Assembly (NCBI GenBank): GCA_963664225.1
Contig: OY760937.1
Location: 2,528,001-2,592,000 of the forward strand
DNA length: 64,000 nucleotides
Origin: Verrucomicrobiia bacterium
Lineage (GTDB): Bacteria; Verrucomicrobiota; Verrucomicrobiia; Limisphaerales; UBA1319
Direction: 5' to 3'
Part shown: positions 51,938-62,147 of the stretch, one piece after another
How the letters are laid out: every line of letters begins with the position of its first letter
How positions within the stretch are numbered: position 1 is the stretch's first letter
Translations under genes and position numbers: made by a program
Notes under the pieces: generated by a model
What the model was told of the DNA's origin: nothing
Seen by the model: the letters and a program-made list of their open reading frames with translations, nothing else
Database searches by the model: none

Positions 51938-54130
51938 ATGACCACGCGATTCCATGCCACAGCCGTATGCTCCCTTGTCCTTATTGCATTCAGCTTGCTC
52001 ACCCATGCGGAAGGGCCGCGCGTTTTGCCCGCAGGCCAGGTTCCCAACGATGTCCGGTTGAAACCGCTGAAGGATCTCGATGGCTATTTCCCTTTCACGC
52101 CGCCCACATCGAAGACCGATTGGGCCCAGCGCAGCGAGCGGGTGCGGCGGCAGATACTCGTGGCGGAAGGTCTCTGGCCGATGCCGACCAAGACGCCGCT
52201 GAATGCCGTCATTCACGGCAAAATCGATTGCGGCGATTACTCGGTGGAGAAGGTTTATTTCGAAAGCGCGCCGGGGTTTTTCGTTACGGGCAGTCTGTAT
52301 CGACCCGCAAAAATCACCGGCAAGGCGCCGGGCGTGCTCTTCGCCCACGGACATTGGAAGGACGCGCGGTTTTCGGAATCCGACGACGCGGAGCTGCTCG
52401 GTGAAATTGCGACGGGCGCGGAACGCTTCGTGGAAGGCGGACGCAGCCGGTTTCAATCGATGTGCGTTCAACTGGCACGCATGGGGTGCATCGTGTGGCA
52501 GTGGGACATGTTGAGCGATTCGGATTCCCAGCAGTTCTCGGAGCAATTGGTCCATCGCTTCGCGCAACAACGGCCCGGGATGAACACCACGGAGAACTGG
52601 GGCCTCTACAGCCCGCAGGCCGAGGCGCACCTGCAGAGCATCATGGGTCTGCAAACGCTCAACGCCATTCGCTCGCTCGATTTTCTGCTGAGCCTGCCCG
52701 AGGTGGATCCCGAACGCGTTGCGATGACCGGCGCGAGCGGCGGCGGCACCCAGACCTTCATCCTCAGCGCCATCGATCCGCGCGTGAAACTTTCTTTTCC
52801 GGCGGTGATGGTCAGCACGGCGATGCAGGGAGGCTGCACCTGCGAGAACGCCAGCCTGCTGCGCGTGAACACCGGCAATGTGGAGTTCGCCGGGCTCTTC
52901 GCGCCGAAGCCACTCGGGATGACCACGGCGAACGATTGGACCAAGGAGATGTCCACAAAAGGATTTCCCGAGCTGCAGCAACTTTACGCGTTTCTGGGCG
53001 CGCCGAACAATGTGATGTTGCATCGCGGCGAACATTTCCCGCACAACTACAATGCCGTTTCGCGGTCGGCCTTCTACACCTGGCTGAACAAACATTTCAA
53101 ACTCGGATTTACGGAACCGGTGATCGAACGCGATTACAAACCACTCACGCGCGAACAACTCACGGTGTGGGACGCGCAGCATCCCGCGCCCAAGGAGTCG
53201 GGTGACGGCTTCGAACGCAAACTACTCCGCTGGCTACACGAAGACGCGCAAAAGCAACTCGCCGATGCCGCAAAATCTCCAGAGCGTTTGCACGATATGG
53301 CGGGCAAGGCGCTGGAGGTCGTTATTGGCCGAACCTTTGCGGAAGCGGGGGATATCGAATGGAAAATGAACAGCAAGGACGAATCCGATTTATGGTCCGA
53401 GACATGCGGAATCATTCGCAATAAGACCTATGGCGAGGAACTGCCTGCGGTGTTCCTTATTCCAAAACAATGGAATGGCACCACGACAATTTGGATCAGC
53501 GGCGGCGGGAAGGCGGACTTGTTTGCGGCGGACGGCTCCCTTTCTCCGGCTGCGCAAAAGTTGATCACCGCTGGCACCACGGTGCTGGGAGTGGATTTGC
53601 TTTACCAGGGCGAGTTTCTCGAGAACGGACAGAAGTTCACGACCACGCCGCGTGTGAAGAATCCGCGTGAAGCGGCGGGCTACACCTTTGGCTACAACTC
53701 GGCCGTGTTCGCCCAGCGTGTGCATGACGTGTTGAGCGCGGTGAAGTTCGTCAAGACCGGCGAACATCCCGGCAAGCGCATCGACGTGGTCGGACTCAAC
53801 GGCGGCGGTGCGTGGGTTGCGGCGGCGCGCGCGTTATGCGGCTCCGCGGTGGACCGCTGGGTGATCGACACGCAGGGCTTTCGGTTCGGCAAAGTGCTCG
53901 ATCTTCGCAGCCCGGACTTCCTGCCCGGCGGCGCGAAATATGGCGACCTGCCCGGGATGCTTGCCGCCGGTGAACCGGGAACCTTGTGGCTCGCGGGTGA
54001 GGAGGACGATAACGCTTTATTGAAGTCGCGCCACACGAATCCGGATTCGCGCCTCACGCTGGTCAACAAGAGCGGAGCCGACGTTGCCGCTGCAGCCGTG
54101 GAATTTTTAAACGCAACCAGGCAAAACTGA
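51938..54130 (+). CDS. Secreted alpha/beta hydrolase (acetylxylan-esterase-like)
   Basis: Signal peptide, VEKVYFES.PG, HGH, TGASGGGTQT nucleophile elbow, GGCTCEN, HNYN. Confidence 0.85.
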   Translation: MTTRFHATAVCSLVLIAFSLLTHAEGPRVLPAGQVPNDVRLKPLKDLDGYFPFTPPTSKTDWAQRSERVRRQILVAEGLWPMPTKTPLNAVIHGKIDCGDYSVEKVYFESAPGFFVTGSLYRPAKITGKAPGVLFAHGHWKDARFSESDDAELLGEIATGAERFVEGGRSRFQSMCVQLARMGCIVWQWDMLSDSDSQQFSEQLVHRFAQQRPGMNTTENWGLYSPQAEAHLQSIMGLQTLNAIRSLDFLLSLPEVDPERVAMTGASGGGTQTFILSAIDPRVKLSFPAVMVSTAMQGGCTCENASLLRVNTGNVEFAGLFAPKPLGMTTANDWTKEMSTKGFPELQQLYAFLGAPNNVMLHRGEHFPHNYNAVSRSAFYTWLNKHFKLGFTEPVIERDYKPLTREQLTVWDAQHPAPKESGDGFERKLLRWLHEDAQKQLADAAKSPERLHDMAGKALEVVIGRTFAEAGDIEWKMNSKDESDLWSETCGIIRNKTYGEELPAVFLIPKQWNGTTTIWISGGGKADLFAADGSLSPAAQKLITAGTTVLGVDLLYQGEFLENGQKFTTTPRVKNPREAAGYTFGYNSAVFAQRVHDVLSAVKFVKTGEHPGKRIDVVGLNGGGAWVAAARALCGSAVDRWVIDTQGFRFGKVLDLRSPDFLPGGAKYGDLPGMLAAGEPGTLWLAGEEDDNALLKSRHTNPDSRLTLVNKSGADVAAAAVEFLNATRQN

Positions 54131-54170
54131 ATACACCTCACAAACCACCCGTCCTAATTGCTGAAACTCT

Positions 54171-55493
54171 ATGATGAAACGCAGAACCTTCCTTCGGACC
54201 ACCGCCACATTGGCGCTGGGTTTTCAGATTGTTCCCCGCCACGTGTTGGGCCAGGGCCAGACGCCGCCAAGTGAGAAACTCAACATCGCCGGCATTGGCG
54301 TTGGCGGACAGGGCGGTGGCGATCTCAACGAGATGAAGAGCGAGAACATTGTGGCGCTCTGCGATGTGGATTGGAACAAGGCGGCGGGCACGTTCAAGGC
54401 CTTCCCGAAAGCGGAACTGTTCAAGGACTACCGCGTGATGCTCGAAAAGCGTCAGGACATCGAGGCGGTGATGATCGCCACGCCCGACCACATGCATGCG
54501 CCCATCACGCTGGCGGCCTTGCGCGCGGGCAAGCATGTCTATGTGGAGAAGCCGATGGCCCACACGATCGAGGAGGCGCGGGTGATGACAAAGGTGGCCA
54601 AAGAAACCGGCCTCGTCACGCAGATGGGCAACAATGGTCACGCGGGCGAAGGCCTGCGGCTGACGCGCGAATGGATTCAGGCGGGGGCCATTGGTGAAAT
54701 CCGCGAAGTGCACGGCTGGAGCGATCGTCCCGGTAATTGGTGGAAACAACCCGCGGTGCGTCCCACTGAAACCATGCCCGTCCCACCGGACCTGGATTGG
54801 AACCTCTGGCTGGGCGCTGCCCCGGAGCGTCCCTATCACAAGGCCTATCATCCGTTCGCCTGGCGCGGTTGGTTCGACTTTGGCACCGGCGCGCTGGGTG
54901 ACATGGCGGTGCATAACCTGGACCCCGCCTTCTACGCCCTTGATTTGCCCACGCCCATCGCCGCGGAATGCCAGAGCAGTCCGCTCGAGAAGGAATCCTA
55001 TCCCGCGTGGCAGATCCTCACTTTCGAGTTCGCTCCCATGAAAGGCCGAGCCGCGCTGAAAGTCCGCTGGTACGATGGCGGGAAAATGCCGCCCGTCCCC
55101 GCCGATATCGCGGGCGAAGTTGACCTGGCCGACAACGGCATTTATTTCATTGGCGAGAAAGGCACGATGGTCTGTGGCGGCTGGTCCGGCGCGCCCCGGT
55201 TGTTCCCGGCAAAACGCCGCGAGGAGTTTCAACTCCCACCCAAATCGATACCGCGCTCCGCCGGTCATCGCCTCGAATGGATCCAGGCCTGCAAGGCGAA
55301 AAAGCCCGAGGATGCCAGGGCCGGCTTTGCCTATTCGGGGCCGTTTACCGAATCGTTGTTGATTGGCAATCTCGCCACACGCCTGCAAAAACGCATCGAG
55401 TGGGATTCGGGAAACATGCGGGCCAAAAATGCGCCCGAGGCCGAGGCGCTCATCAAGAAACACTATCGTGCCGGATTCGGCATTGCCGGATAA
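54171..55493 (+). CDS. Tat-exported Gfo/Idh/MocA oxidoreductase
   Basis: KRRTFL, GIGVGGQG, ATPDHMH, YVEKPM, GTGALGDMAVH. Confidence 0.93.
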   Translation: MMKRRTFLRTTATLALGFQIVPRHVLGQGQTPPSEKLNIAGIGVGGQGGGDLNEMKSENIVALCDVDWNKAAGTFKAFPKAELFKDYRVMLEKRQDIEAVMIATPDHMHAPITLAALRAGKHVYVEKPMAHTIEEARVMTKVAKETGLVTQMGNNGHAGEGLRLTREWIQAGAIGEIREVHGWSDRPGNWWKQPAVRPTETMPVPPDLDWNLWLGAAPERPYHKAYHPFAWRGWFDFGTGALGDMAVHNLDPAFYALDLPTPIAAECQSSPLEKESYPAWQILTFEFAPMKGRAALKVRWYDGGKMPPVPADIAGEVDLADNGIYFIGEKGTMVCGGWSGAPRLFPAKRREEFQLPPKSIPRSAGHRLEWIQACKAKKPEDARAGFAYSGPFTESLLIGNLATRLQKRIEWDSGNMRAKNAPEAEALIKKHYRAGFGIAG

Positions 55494-55512
55494 AAACCAA
55501 ACCTCCGGGAAC

Positions 55513-56232
55513 ATGTCCTTCAGAAGCAGGGGCCAATCCGTTCTGTTCATCCTGAGCGGATTGGTTCCGTTGCTTCGACTCTGCCAGCGGCCCGCAGATA
55601 CCGCGCTGCTGATTTATACCTGCTTTGTGGCGGCGTGGTATGGGCGGCCCTGGCTGGCGCGTGCGATGGATTCGTTGCGGGGTTCGGTAGCCTTGAAGTT
55701 GGTGGGGCTGTTTATCATCTCCGGTACCCTGACAGAAACCTTCGCGTGGGGATCGAACTACCTGAAGGCCGCACCTGAGCCCGCGCTATTCCATCCACAA
55801 TTGCTCATCGACCTCTGGCTCGGGATCGGTTTCTACGGAGCGTGGGCCGTGGCGTGGTTGCTGGCCGGGCATTGGTTTCGTTATTCGCTGCGGGAAATGT
55901 TCTTCGTCACGGGTTTGCAGGGAATCGTCTTTGAACAGCTTGGCGCGGTGTTTCTCGCGATGGTTCGTGTGGTCACGACCAATCCCCTGCTGGCTGTGCT
56001 GATGGGAGTTTATGTCCTCGCAGTGCATGGCTCGGCGGCGGGTCTGGCGCTGGGACCCGTGGCGCACCATTTTGATTCGCCCGCAAAGTCCCATCACTGG
56101 ATTCGGTTCCCCGTGGTGATGGTATTGATGGTGGGACTCGCCTTCCTGGGCACCTGGCTGGCAGCAGCGGTGTGGTTGCCGTTTGGCGGTCTGCCGCCCA
56201 AACAATCCATAGTCACACACCCATTGTGGTGA
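55513..56232 (+). CDS. Hypothetical multi-pass membrane protein
   Basis: Several hydrophobic helices; directly follows the upstream gene. Confidence 0.7.
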   Translation: MSFRSRGQSVLFILSGLVPLLRLCQRPADTALLIYTCFVAAWYGRPWLARAMDSLRGSVALKLVGLFIISGTLTETFAWGSNYLKAAPEPALFHPQLLIDLWLGIGFYGAWAVAWLLAGHWFRYSLREMFFVTGLQGIVFEQLGAVFLAMVRVVTTNPLLAVLMGVYVLAVHGSAAGLALGPVAHHFDSPAKSHHWIRFPVVMVLMVGLAFLGTWLAAAVWLPFGGLPPKQSIVTHPLW

Positions 56233-56337
56233 GGAGCGTCGGCCCGATTTGTTTGGATACGTGACAAAACTCAGGAGTGTGGAAAACGGCTATGGCGGTG
56301 CAGTGATTTTAAATAGGTTTTGCGGCAACGGCAGAAC

Positions 56338-57014
56338 CAGCGGGCGGAGCTTGGGGCGGATTTGGAACCGTTGGATTTAAAAACGTCGTAAGCCAGTCAG
56401 GAGACCGGCGCTCCGGGGACACCAGCGGGCGGAGCTTGGGACGGATTTGGAACCGTTGGATTTAAAAACGTCGTAAGCCGGTCAGGAGACCGGCGCTCCG
56501 GGGACAGCAGCGGGCGGAGCTTGGGACGGATTTGGAACCGTTGGATTTAAAAACGTCGTAAGCCAGTCAGGAGACCGGCGCTCAGGGACAACAGCGGGCG
56601 GAGCTTGGGGCGGATTTGGAACCGTTGGATTTAAAAACGTCGTAAGCCGGTCAGGAGACCGGCGCTCAAGGACAACAGCGGGCGGAGCTTGGGGCGGATT
56701 TGGAACCGTTGGATTTAAAAACGTCGTAAGCCAGTCAGGAGACCGGCGCTCAGGGACAACAGCGGGCGGAGCTTGGGGCGGATTTGGAACCGTTGGATTT
56801 AAAAACGTCGTAAGCCAGTCAGGAGACCGGCGCTCCGGGGACAGCAGCGGGCGGAGCTTGGGGCGGATTTGGAACCGTTGGATTTAAAAACGTCGTAAGC
56901 CAGTCAGGAGACCGGCGCTCCGGGGACAGCAGCGGGCGGAGCTTGGGGCGGATTTGGAACCGTTGGATTTAAAAACGTCGTAAGCCGGTCAGGAGACCGG
57001 CGCTCCGGGGACAG
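56338..57014. repeat. Tandem array of eight 84-85-bp units
   Basis: Unit starts at 56338, 56423, 56508, 56592, 56676, 56760, 56845, 56930; hairpin gccggtc-agga-gaccggc. Confidence 0.97.
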
Positions 57015-57101
57015 CAAATGTATTGCCAGCAAACAGGCGTTGTGTCATTTCAATGGCACACATTACCGAACCAATAAACACGCTGACGCGACGCGACCTG
57101 G

Positions 57102-57636
57102 AATGATTATGCAAACCAACATGAACCGACGCACTTTTATCCTGCCTCTCCTGCTTGCGGGTTTTGCCCGTTTTGGCGTCCCTCTCGCTTCCGCCGTGAG
57201 CGAACCCCAGGCGGCATCGGCTCCGGCCCAGGATTTTTCTGCGACAGCGGACCAGGCTTTACTGGCCATGAACAAACGCGCGGAGGAACTCCACATCAAA
57301 GGCGCCGCCGTGGTGGCCTGTTTCGAAGGCGAGAGCATCACCGCCTGGTCCTCGAAAATGAAGGTGGTCGGTTCGATGAAAAACGCCCCATCCGGGAATG
57401 ATCATGGCTCGAACCTGCTCGCCATTGCCTATGCCAAGGCAACCGAAATGGCCGAGACCCTGAAGAATAGCGGCCACGCGGGGCGGCCGCCCATGACCGG
57501 AGAACTCGGCTGGGAGGGCGGATTGATCGCCAAGGGCAAAACCGGTTATTTGATCGCGGCCTTCAGCGGCGGACCTTCCGAGGACGACCTGCGCGTCTCC
57601 CGCACGGGCCTGGATATCCTGACAAAAGCCCTGTAG
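57102..57636 (+). CDS. Exported hypothetical protein, GlcG/HbpS-like
   Basis: NRRTF Tat-like signal; IAYAKA, WEGGL, AAFSGGPSEDD; start uncertain. Confidence 0.65.
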
Positions 57637-57688
57637 CTCAGACGGCGCGCAAGAGAGTGGCGCAACTCTATGGGGCCTTCTGAACATA

Positions 57689-57741
57689 AATTATCGATTA
57701 ACGATAATTTTATTTGACGACTATCAATAATAGTTTACTGT
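57689..57741 (+). promoter_or_regulatory. Palindromic operator and promoter of the DUF2975-HTH operon
   Basis: aattatcg-N5-cgataatt, followed by TTGACG-N16-TACTGT. Confidence 0.65.
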
Positions 57742-57779
57742 TTATCAATAAATATTGAAAACCTAAAACTGATACCGTC

Positions 57780-58499
57780 ATGAAATCCAATACGCGTTTG
57801 CCCCGGTTCCTGTGTCGCCTGTTTCTTTTTCTGGAGGTTGCCACCTTGATCGGTGGCATTCTGGGATGTGTTTCCTTGTTTTTCACGTCCAAGCCCGGAA
57901 CGATGTCGATTACGATCTCGTCCATCAGGGAAATGAACCGGGTGGGATTGGCGCCTGAATCGGGTGCTTTGGTTGTGCAGACCGACGATCCGCAGCCCCA
58001 ATCGATCAAGCTGACCAAGCTGCAAGGGATTGTGGATGGCAGCGGCGTGAGTGGAGGAGCCGCGGTTGCGGTATGGAACAAATGGTTCATGGTGGCCCTG
58101 GTCGTGGGCGATGTCCTCTTCGCGGTGGTTCTAATCGACCTGTTGCGCCGGTTATTTCGAAATGTCGCACGGGGCGAGAGTTTTACGCCGCGGAACATCC
58201 GTTTGCTGCATTGGATGGGGATGGCCATCATCGTATTCACCCTCGTTTCCTCCTTCTCGGAAGCCTGGAGCAATCACAGGGTCACCGCATACCTCCAGCA
58301 GCACGCGACGATTCAGGGTCCAAAAATGGGATTTACGCCGCCGCCGCTGGTTTCCGACCCCCTGTTTTCATATGAAGCCGGCAATTATAGATTCCAGATT
58401 GGGTGGACGGGGATTCTATCCGGACTGTTGATCCTGGCGCTGGGCGAGGTCTTTCGCCAGGCGGCGGTGATCAAGGAAGAAAACGCGCTGACCATTTAA
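57780..58499 (+). CDS. DUF2975 membrane protein
   Basis: LFRNV..GESFT..N...L, C-terminal LGEVFRQA..IKEENALTI. Confidence 0.9.
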   Translation: MKSNTRLPRFLCRLFLFLEVATLIGGILGCVSLFFTSKPGTMSITISSIREMNRVGLAPESGALVVQTDDPQPQSIKLTKLQGIVDGSGVSGGAAVAVWNKWFMVALVVGDVLFAVVLIDLLRRLFRNVARGESFTPRNIRLLHWMGMAIIVFTLVSSFSEAWSNHRVTAYLQQHATIQGPKMGFTPPPLVSDPLFSYEAGNYRFQIGWTGILSGLLILALGEVFRQAAVIKEENALTI

Positions 58500-58510
58500 C
58501 CTGTTAAATT

Positions 58511-58738
58511 ATGCCCATCAGGTTGAATTTGGACCGGGTCATGCTGGAGCGGCGGATGAGTCTGACAGAACTGGCCGAGCGGGTTGGAATCACGCTGGCG
58601 AATCTTTCGATTCTCAAGACCAACAAGGCGCGCGCGATACGGTTTGGCACGCTGGAGGCCCTGTGCCGCGAACTGAAATGCCAGCCGGGCGATCTGCTCG
58701 AATTTCAGGAAGGGAGCGATGCGGAGGAAAACGAATAG
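58511..58738 (+). CDS. Cro/CI-type HTH regulator (YozG-like)
   Basis: MSLTELAERVGITLANLSILKT.KARAIRF.TL..LC..L.CQPGDLLE. Confidence 0.93.
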   Translation: MPIRLNLDRVMLERRMSLTELAERVGITLANLSILKTNKARAIRFGTLEALCRELKCQPGDLLEFQEGSDAEENE

Positions 58739-58793
58739 GCAATGCGAACGGCCCATCAGGAGTCGAGCGCAGCCATCGGCGGGTCGATCAGGA

Positions 58794-61073
58794 CTACAGT
58801 TTTCCCGCGGGTTGCCTGACTACCATCGCCTTGCGAAGCGCTTCACGAAGCTCGGTGGATTGATAGGGCTTGCCCAGGAAGGCCTGGGGCCATTCGGCAT
58901 GTTCACCGGCCATCACCTGGGCCTGATCGTAACCGCTGGCGAGGATGACGGGAATGCCGGGCGATATTTTGCGCAGAGCGGTCAAAGTGGCCCAGCCGTC
59001 CATGCGCGGCATGGTGAGGTCGCAAAGCACGCAGCGAATGGCCTGCCTGTGCTGCTGGAACACTTCCAGGGCCTCAATGCCGTCTCTTGCTTCGAGCGCG
59101 GCATGCCCCAGGCGCGCCAGCACGACTCTGGCCACTTTGCGCACCGCGTCGTCGTCCTCGACCACCAACACTGTGCCAGCTTCTCCAAATTCCGGGGGGG
59201 TGACCGTTTCTTCCGGCAATCGGGGAACCACTGCCGCCGAGAGAGGGAAAAAGACTCGAAAGACGCTCCCATGGCCCTCTTTACTCTCCACTGTGATGCC
59301 CCCGAGGTGTGACCTGACCACGCCCAGAACGACCGGCAGGCCCAGTCCACGACCGGTGAACTTGCTGGAAAAGAAGGGGTCGAAGAGTTTGTCGAAATCT
59401 TTTTCGGCGATCCCGCCGCCCGTGTCGGCCACTTCCAGGCAGGCATAGAGGTTGTCCTCCGGTTGCCAGTCCAAAGGAAAACGATGTGTGGTGGAGATTT
59501 CGGTTTTGGAAACCGTTTTGACCGCCAGATGGACGACGCCCCCGCCTTCACCGAGGGACTCCCAGGCGTTGGTTGCGAGGTTGTTGAGGACTTTGTGGAT
59601 CTGGTGGGCATTGGCCATGACCATCAGCCCGGCTGGCGGCAGATCCGCCTTCAAAACCACCTTTTCGGGCATGGCGGTCTGGAGCTGGGACAGGCTTTTG
59701 CGGCAGGCTTCGGATAAATCCAGGGGTTCCAGTTTGCCGGGCACCATTCCGAGGTAGGTGAGCATCAGGCTGCTGACTTCCGCCGCCCGACGCGACGCTT
59801 TCATGGCCTCGGTGAGGTTCTCGTCAACGTTCGATCCCCGGGGCAGGTCGTCCAAGGCGATCTCCAGGTTACCCAACACGACTCCGAGCAGGTTGTTATA
59901 GTGGTGGGCAATGGCCCCGGCCATGCGGCCCAGGCTTTCAGCCTTTTGAAGCTGCCTGTTTTGGGCCTCGAGTTTTTCCTTTTCCACCTCCGCCCGTTTG
60001 CGGTCGCTGATGTCGGCGATGAAACCCTCCACCGCCAGGAGATCCCCTTTTTCAGAAAAAACGCCGCCACCCTGTTCCCAGACCCATTTCTCGACGCCAG
60101 CGGCCGTGACGATGCGATAGGAAATCTGGAATGGCTGGCGAGACTTCAACGCCTTCTGCACATTGTCCCAGACCATCTTCCAATCATCGGGATGAATGAC
60201 CTGGGTATAAGAAACTCCAGACGAGCCTGTCAATTCCTCGGGGGTGTAGCCGGTGAGGGCCAGCGCGCCCTGGCTGACGAAGTCCATCGTCCAATCCTTG
60301 TCGTTGCGGCAGCGATAGGCCATGCCGGGGAGATTGCTCATGAGCGCGAGCAAGGCGCGGCGACTTTCCCGCAGGGCCTCCTCGGCGCTCTTGCGGCCCT
60401 CGATGTCGCTCTCCAAAGCGCCCACCAGGCGGCGGTTGAGCATCAGGGAAAGGCTGAACGTTAGCGCGATAAACAGCATCTGGTAGGCCAGGATGGCGAG
60501 CACATCGTAGAGGCCGAGCTTGAAAATCTCGGCGTCCGGGGGCGTCGCCAGGTTAATGAACACCCGCGTCAGGCTGAAGAGGCTTATGGCGCAGAAAACG
60601 AAGCCCGTCATCCTTGTCACGGGCTGCATTTCCGCGCTGACCCGGCGCAGCAGGAGCCACGCGCACTGGCAACATAGGACCAGCAAACCCAGGGAGAAGT
60701 TGATGGTCCGCCACAACATGCTCGGCTGGACGAAGGTGAAATAAAGGTGAACACCGATGTTCACGGCCAGAAGCAGATAATTGAATCGCTGCGGACTGGT
60801 CCTGCCGGTGAAGCGTTCAAGCCCCAGGTAGAGCAAAAAGGTTCCCGCAATGATCAGGGGGCAGGCCAGGACGATCGACACGGAGGCGGGCACAACACCC
60901 CGCAAGGCGAGCAGCATTATCGCCACGAACTGAATGAAATAGTCTGCCGCCCATAATCCCAGCCCGTCGGAGCGCCGACGGTTTATCAACCAAAGGGCTG
61001 TCATGACCCCCGCGCAGATGGCGTTGCTCACGACATTGCCGAGCAGGACGGTTCTCATGTCGAGGAGGTTCAT
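58794..61073 (-). CDS. Membrane hybrid histidine kinase (7TM-PAS-HisKA-HATPase-REC)
   Basis: N-terminal TM bundle, NLPGMAYRC PAS, AIAHHYNN, GRGLGL, CDLTMP.MDG. Confidence 0.92.
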   Translation of the reverse strand: MNLLDMRTVLLGNVVSNAICAGVMTALWLINRRRSDGLGLWAADYFIQFVAIMLLALRGVVPASVSIVLACPLIIAGTFLLYLGLERFTGRTSPQRFNYLLLAVNIGVHLYFTFVQPSMLWRTINFSLGLLVLCCQCAWLLLRRVSAEMQPVTRMTGFVFCAISLFSLTRVFINLATPPDAEIFKLGLYDVLAILAYQMLFIALTFSLSLMLNRRLVGALESDIEGRKSAEEALRESRRALLALMSNLPGMAYRCRNDKDWTMDFVSQGALALTGYTPEELTGSSGVSYTQVIHPDDWKMVWDNVQKALKSRQPFQISYRIVTAAGVEKWVWEQGGGVFSEKGDLLAVEGFIADISDRKRAEVEKEKLEAQNRQLQKAESLGRMAGAIAHHYNNLLGVVLGNLEIALDDLPRGSNVDENLTEAMKASRRAAEVSSLMLTYLGMVPGKLEPLDLSEACRKSLSQLQTAMPEKVVLKADLPPAGLMVMANAHQIHKVLNNLATNAWESLGEGGGVVHLAVKTVSKTEISTTHRFPLDWQPEDNLYACLEVADTGGGIAEKDFDKLFDPFFSSKFTGRGLGLPVVLGVVRSHLGGITVESKEGHGSVFRVFFPLSAAVVPRLPEETVTPPEFGEAGTVLVVEDDDAVRKVARVVLARLGHAALEARDGIEALEVFQQHRQAIRCVLCDLTMPRMDGWATLTALRKISPGIPVILASGYDQAQVMAGEHAEWPQAFLGKPYQSTELREALRKAMVVRQPAGKL

Positions 61074-61547
61074 GCGGGATGACCTCCGCGCATCCTGAGT
61101 CCGCCATTAGGCCACCTGACGACATGGACACACTTCAAATCAAAAAGCTTTCCCTCCTTCATTGAATTTAGCTTCATGCGATCAGCTGGTTGACCGCCCC
61201 ATTTAACCCCCACCACCGCCCCTTTGGCAAACTTAATTGGAGCAAAAATGGGTGGCACGCGCATCCTTGAGGCACCCCTTCACCCCCCCAGGAAAAAGGG
61301 AGGGGAGAGGATTTAATCCCAAAGAGATCAAAGTGGAATTTTTAGCCACGGATTGCACGGATGACACGGATGGGGAAAGGGAAGAATGAATGATGGACAA
61401 TTTTAGAAATGGCGTGCTGGCTGGGTTCGTACGGTTCGGGCTTTTACCAGCTTTCTGAGTTTTGTCCTGCGCCCAAGGGACGATTCGGGGGTGGAAGGCT
61501 TCTGAAAATTTGCATAATCGCGCTTTCTGGCTAAAATAGCAGGGCGC

Positions 61548-62147
61548 ATGCGTGCGAATTCCAAAATTCACAAGGGCAGCCCTCCGAGTGCGGCGGCGCC
61601 GGAGCGGCGTCGTTTTTTGACGAAGCTTCTGGCGCTTGTATTTGGATCGGTGGCGGGGCTGGTTCCCGTGGGCGCGGGCTTGCGGGTGTTCACCAGTCCT
61701 CTGGCGAAGGCTGGCACTGGTGGCCTTGGTGGCAATGCGGCCCAAAACAACAACGCCGTTCATGTGGCCAATCTGGATCTGCTGCCCGAGGACGGCGTGC
61801 CGCGCAAATTCCCCGTGGTGGCGGATCGCCGGGACGCTTTCAGTGTTTATCCGCATGTCCCCGTGGGGGCGGTTTATTTGCGGCGCGGGAAGGATCAAAC
61901 CGTGACGGCGCTGAATGTGGCGTGTCCGCATGCGGGATGTTTTGTGGATTTTGTGCCGGGGAATGGGCGCTATTTTTGCCCGTGCCACGGGAGCACTTTT
62001 GAATTGAGCGGCGCGATTCACGATGCCGCCAGCCCCAGTCCCCGGGGCATGGACACCCTGGAAGTGGAGGTGCGGAATAATTCAGAGGTGTGGGTGAAAT
62101 TCCAGAATTTCGTGGCGGGGCACAAAGGGAAGATACCGGTGGCATGA
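61548..62147 (+). CDS. Rieske 2Fe-2S subunit of a cytochrome bc complex
   Basis: RRRFL Tat motif, CPHAGC, CPCHGS. Confidence 0.93.
   Translation: MRANSKIHKGSPPSAAAPERRRFLTKLLALVFGSVAGLVPVGAGLRVFTSPLAKAGTGGLGGNAAQNNNAVHVANLDLLPEDGVPRKFPVVADRRDAFSVYPHVPVGAVYLRRGKDQTVTALNVACPHAGCFVDFVPGNGRYFCPCHGSTFELSGAIHDAASPSPRGMDTLEVEVRNNSEVWVKFQNFVAGHKGKIPVA

Noticed and set aside
56338..57014. 85-bp array as CRISPR
   Set aside because: Whole units are near-identical, so there are no variable spacers.
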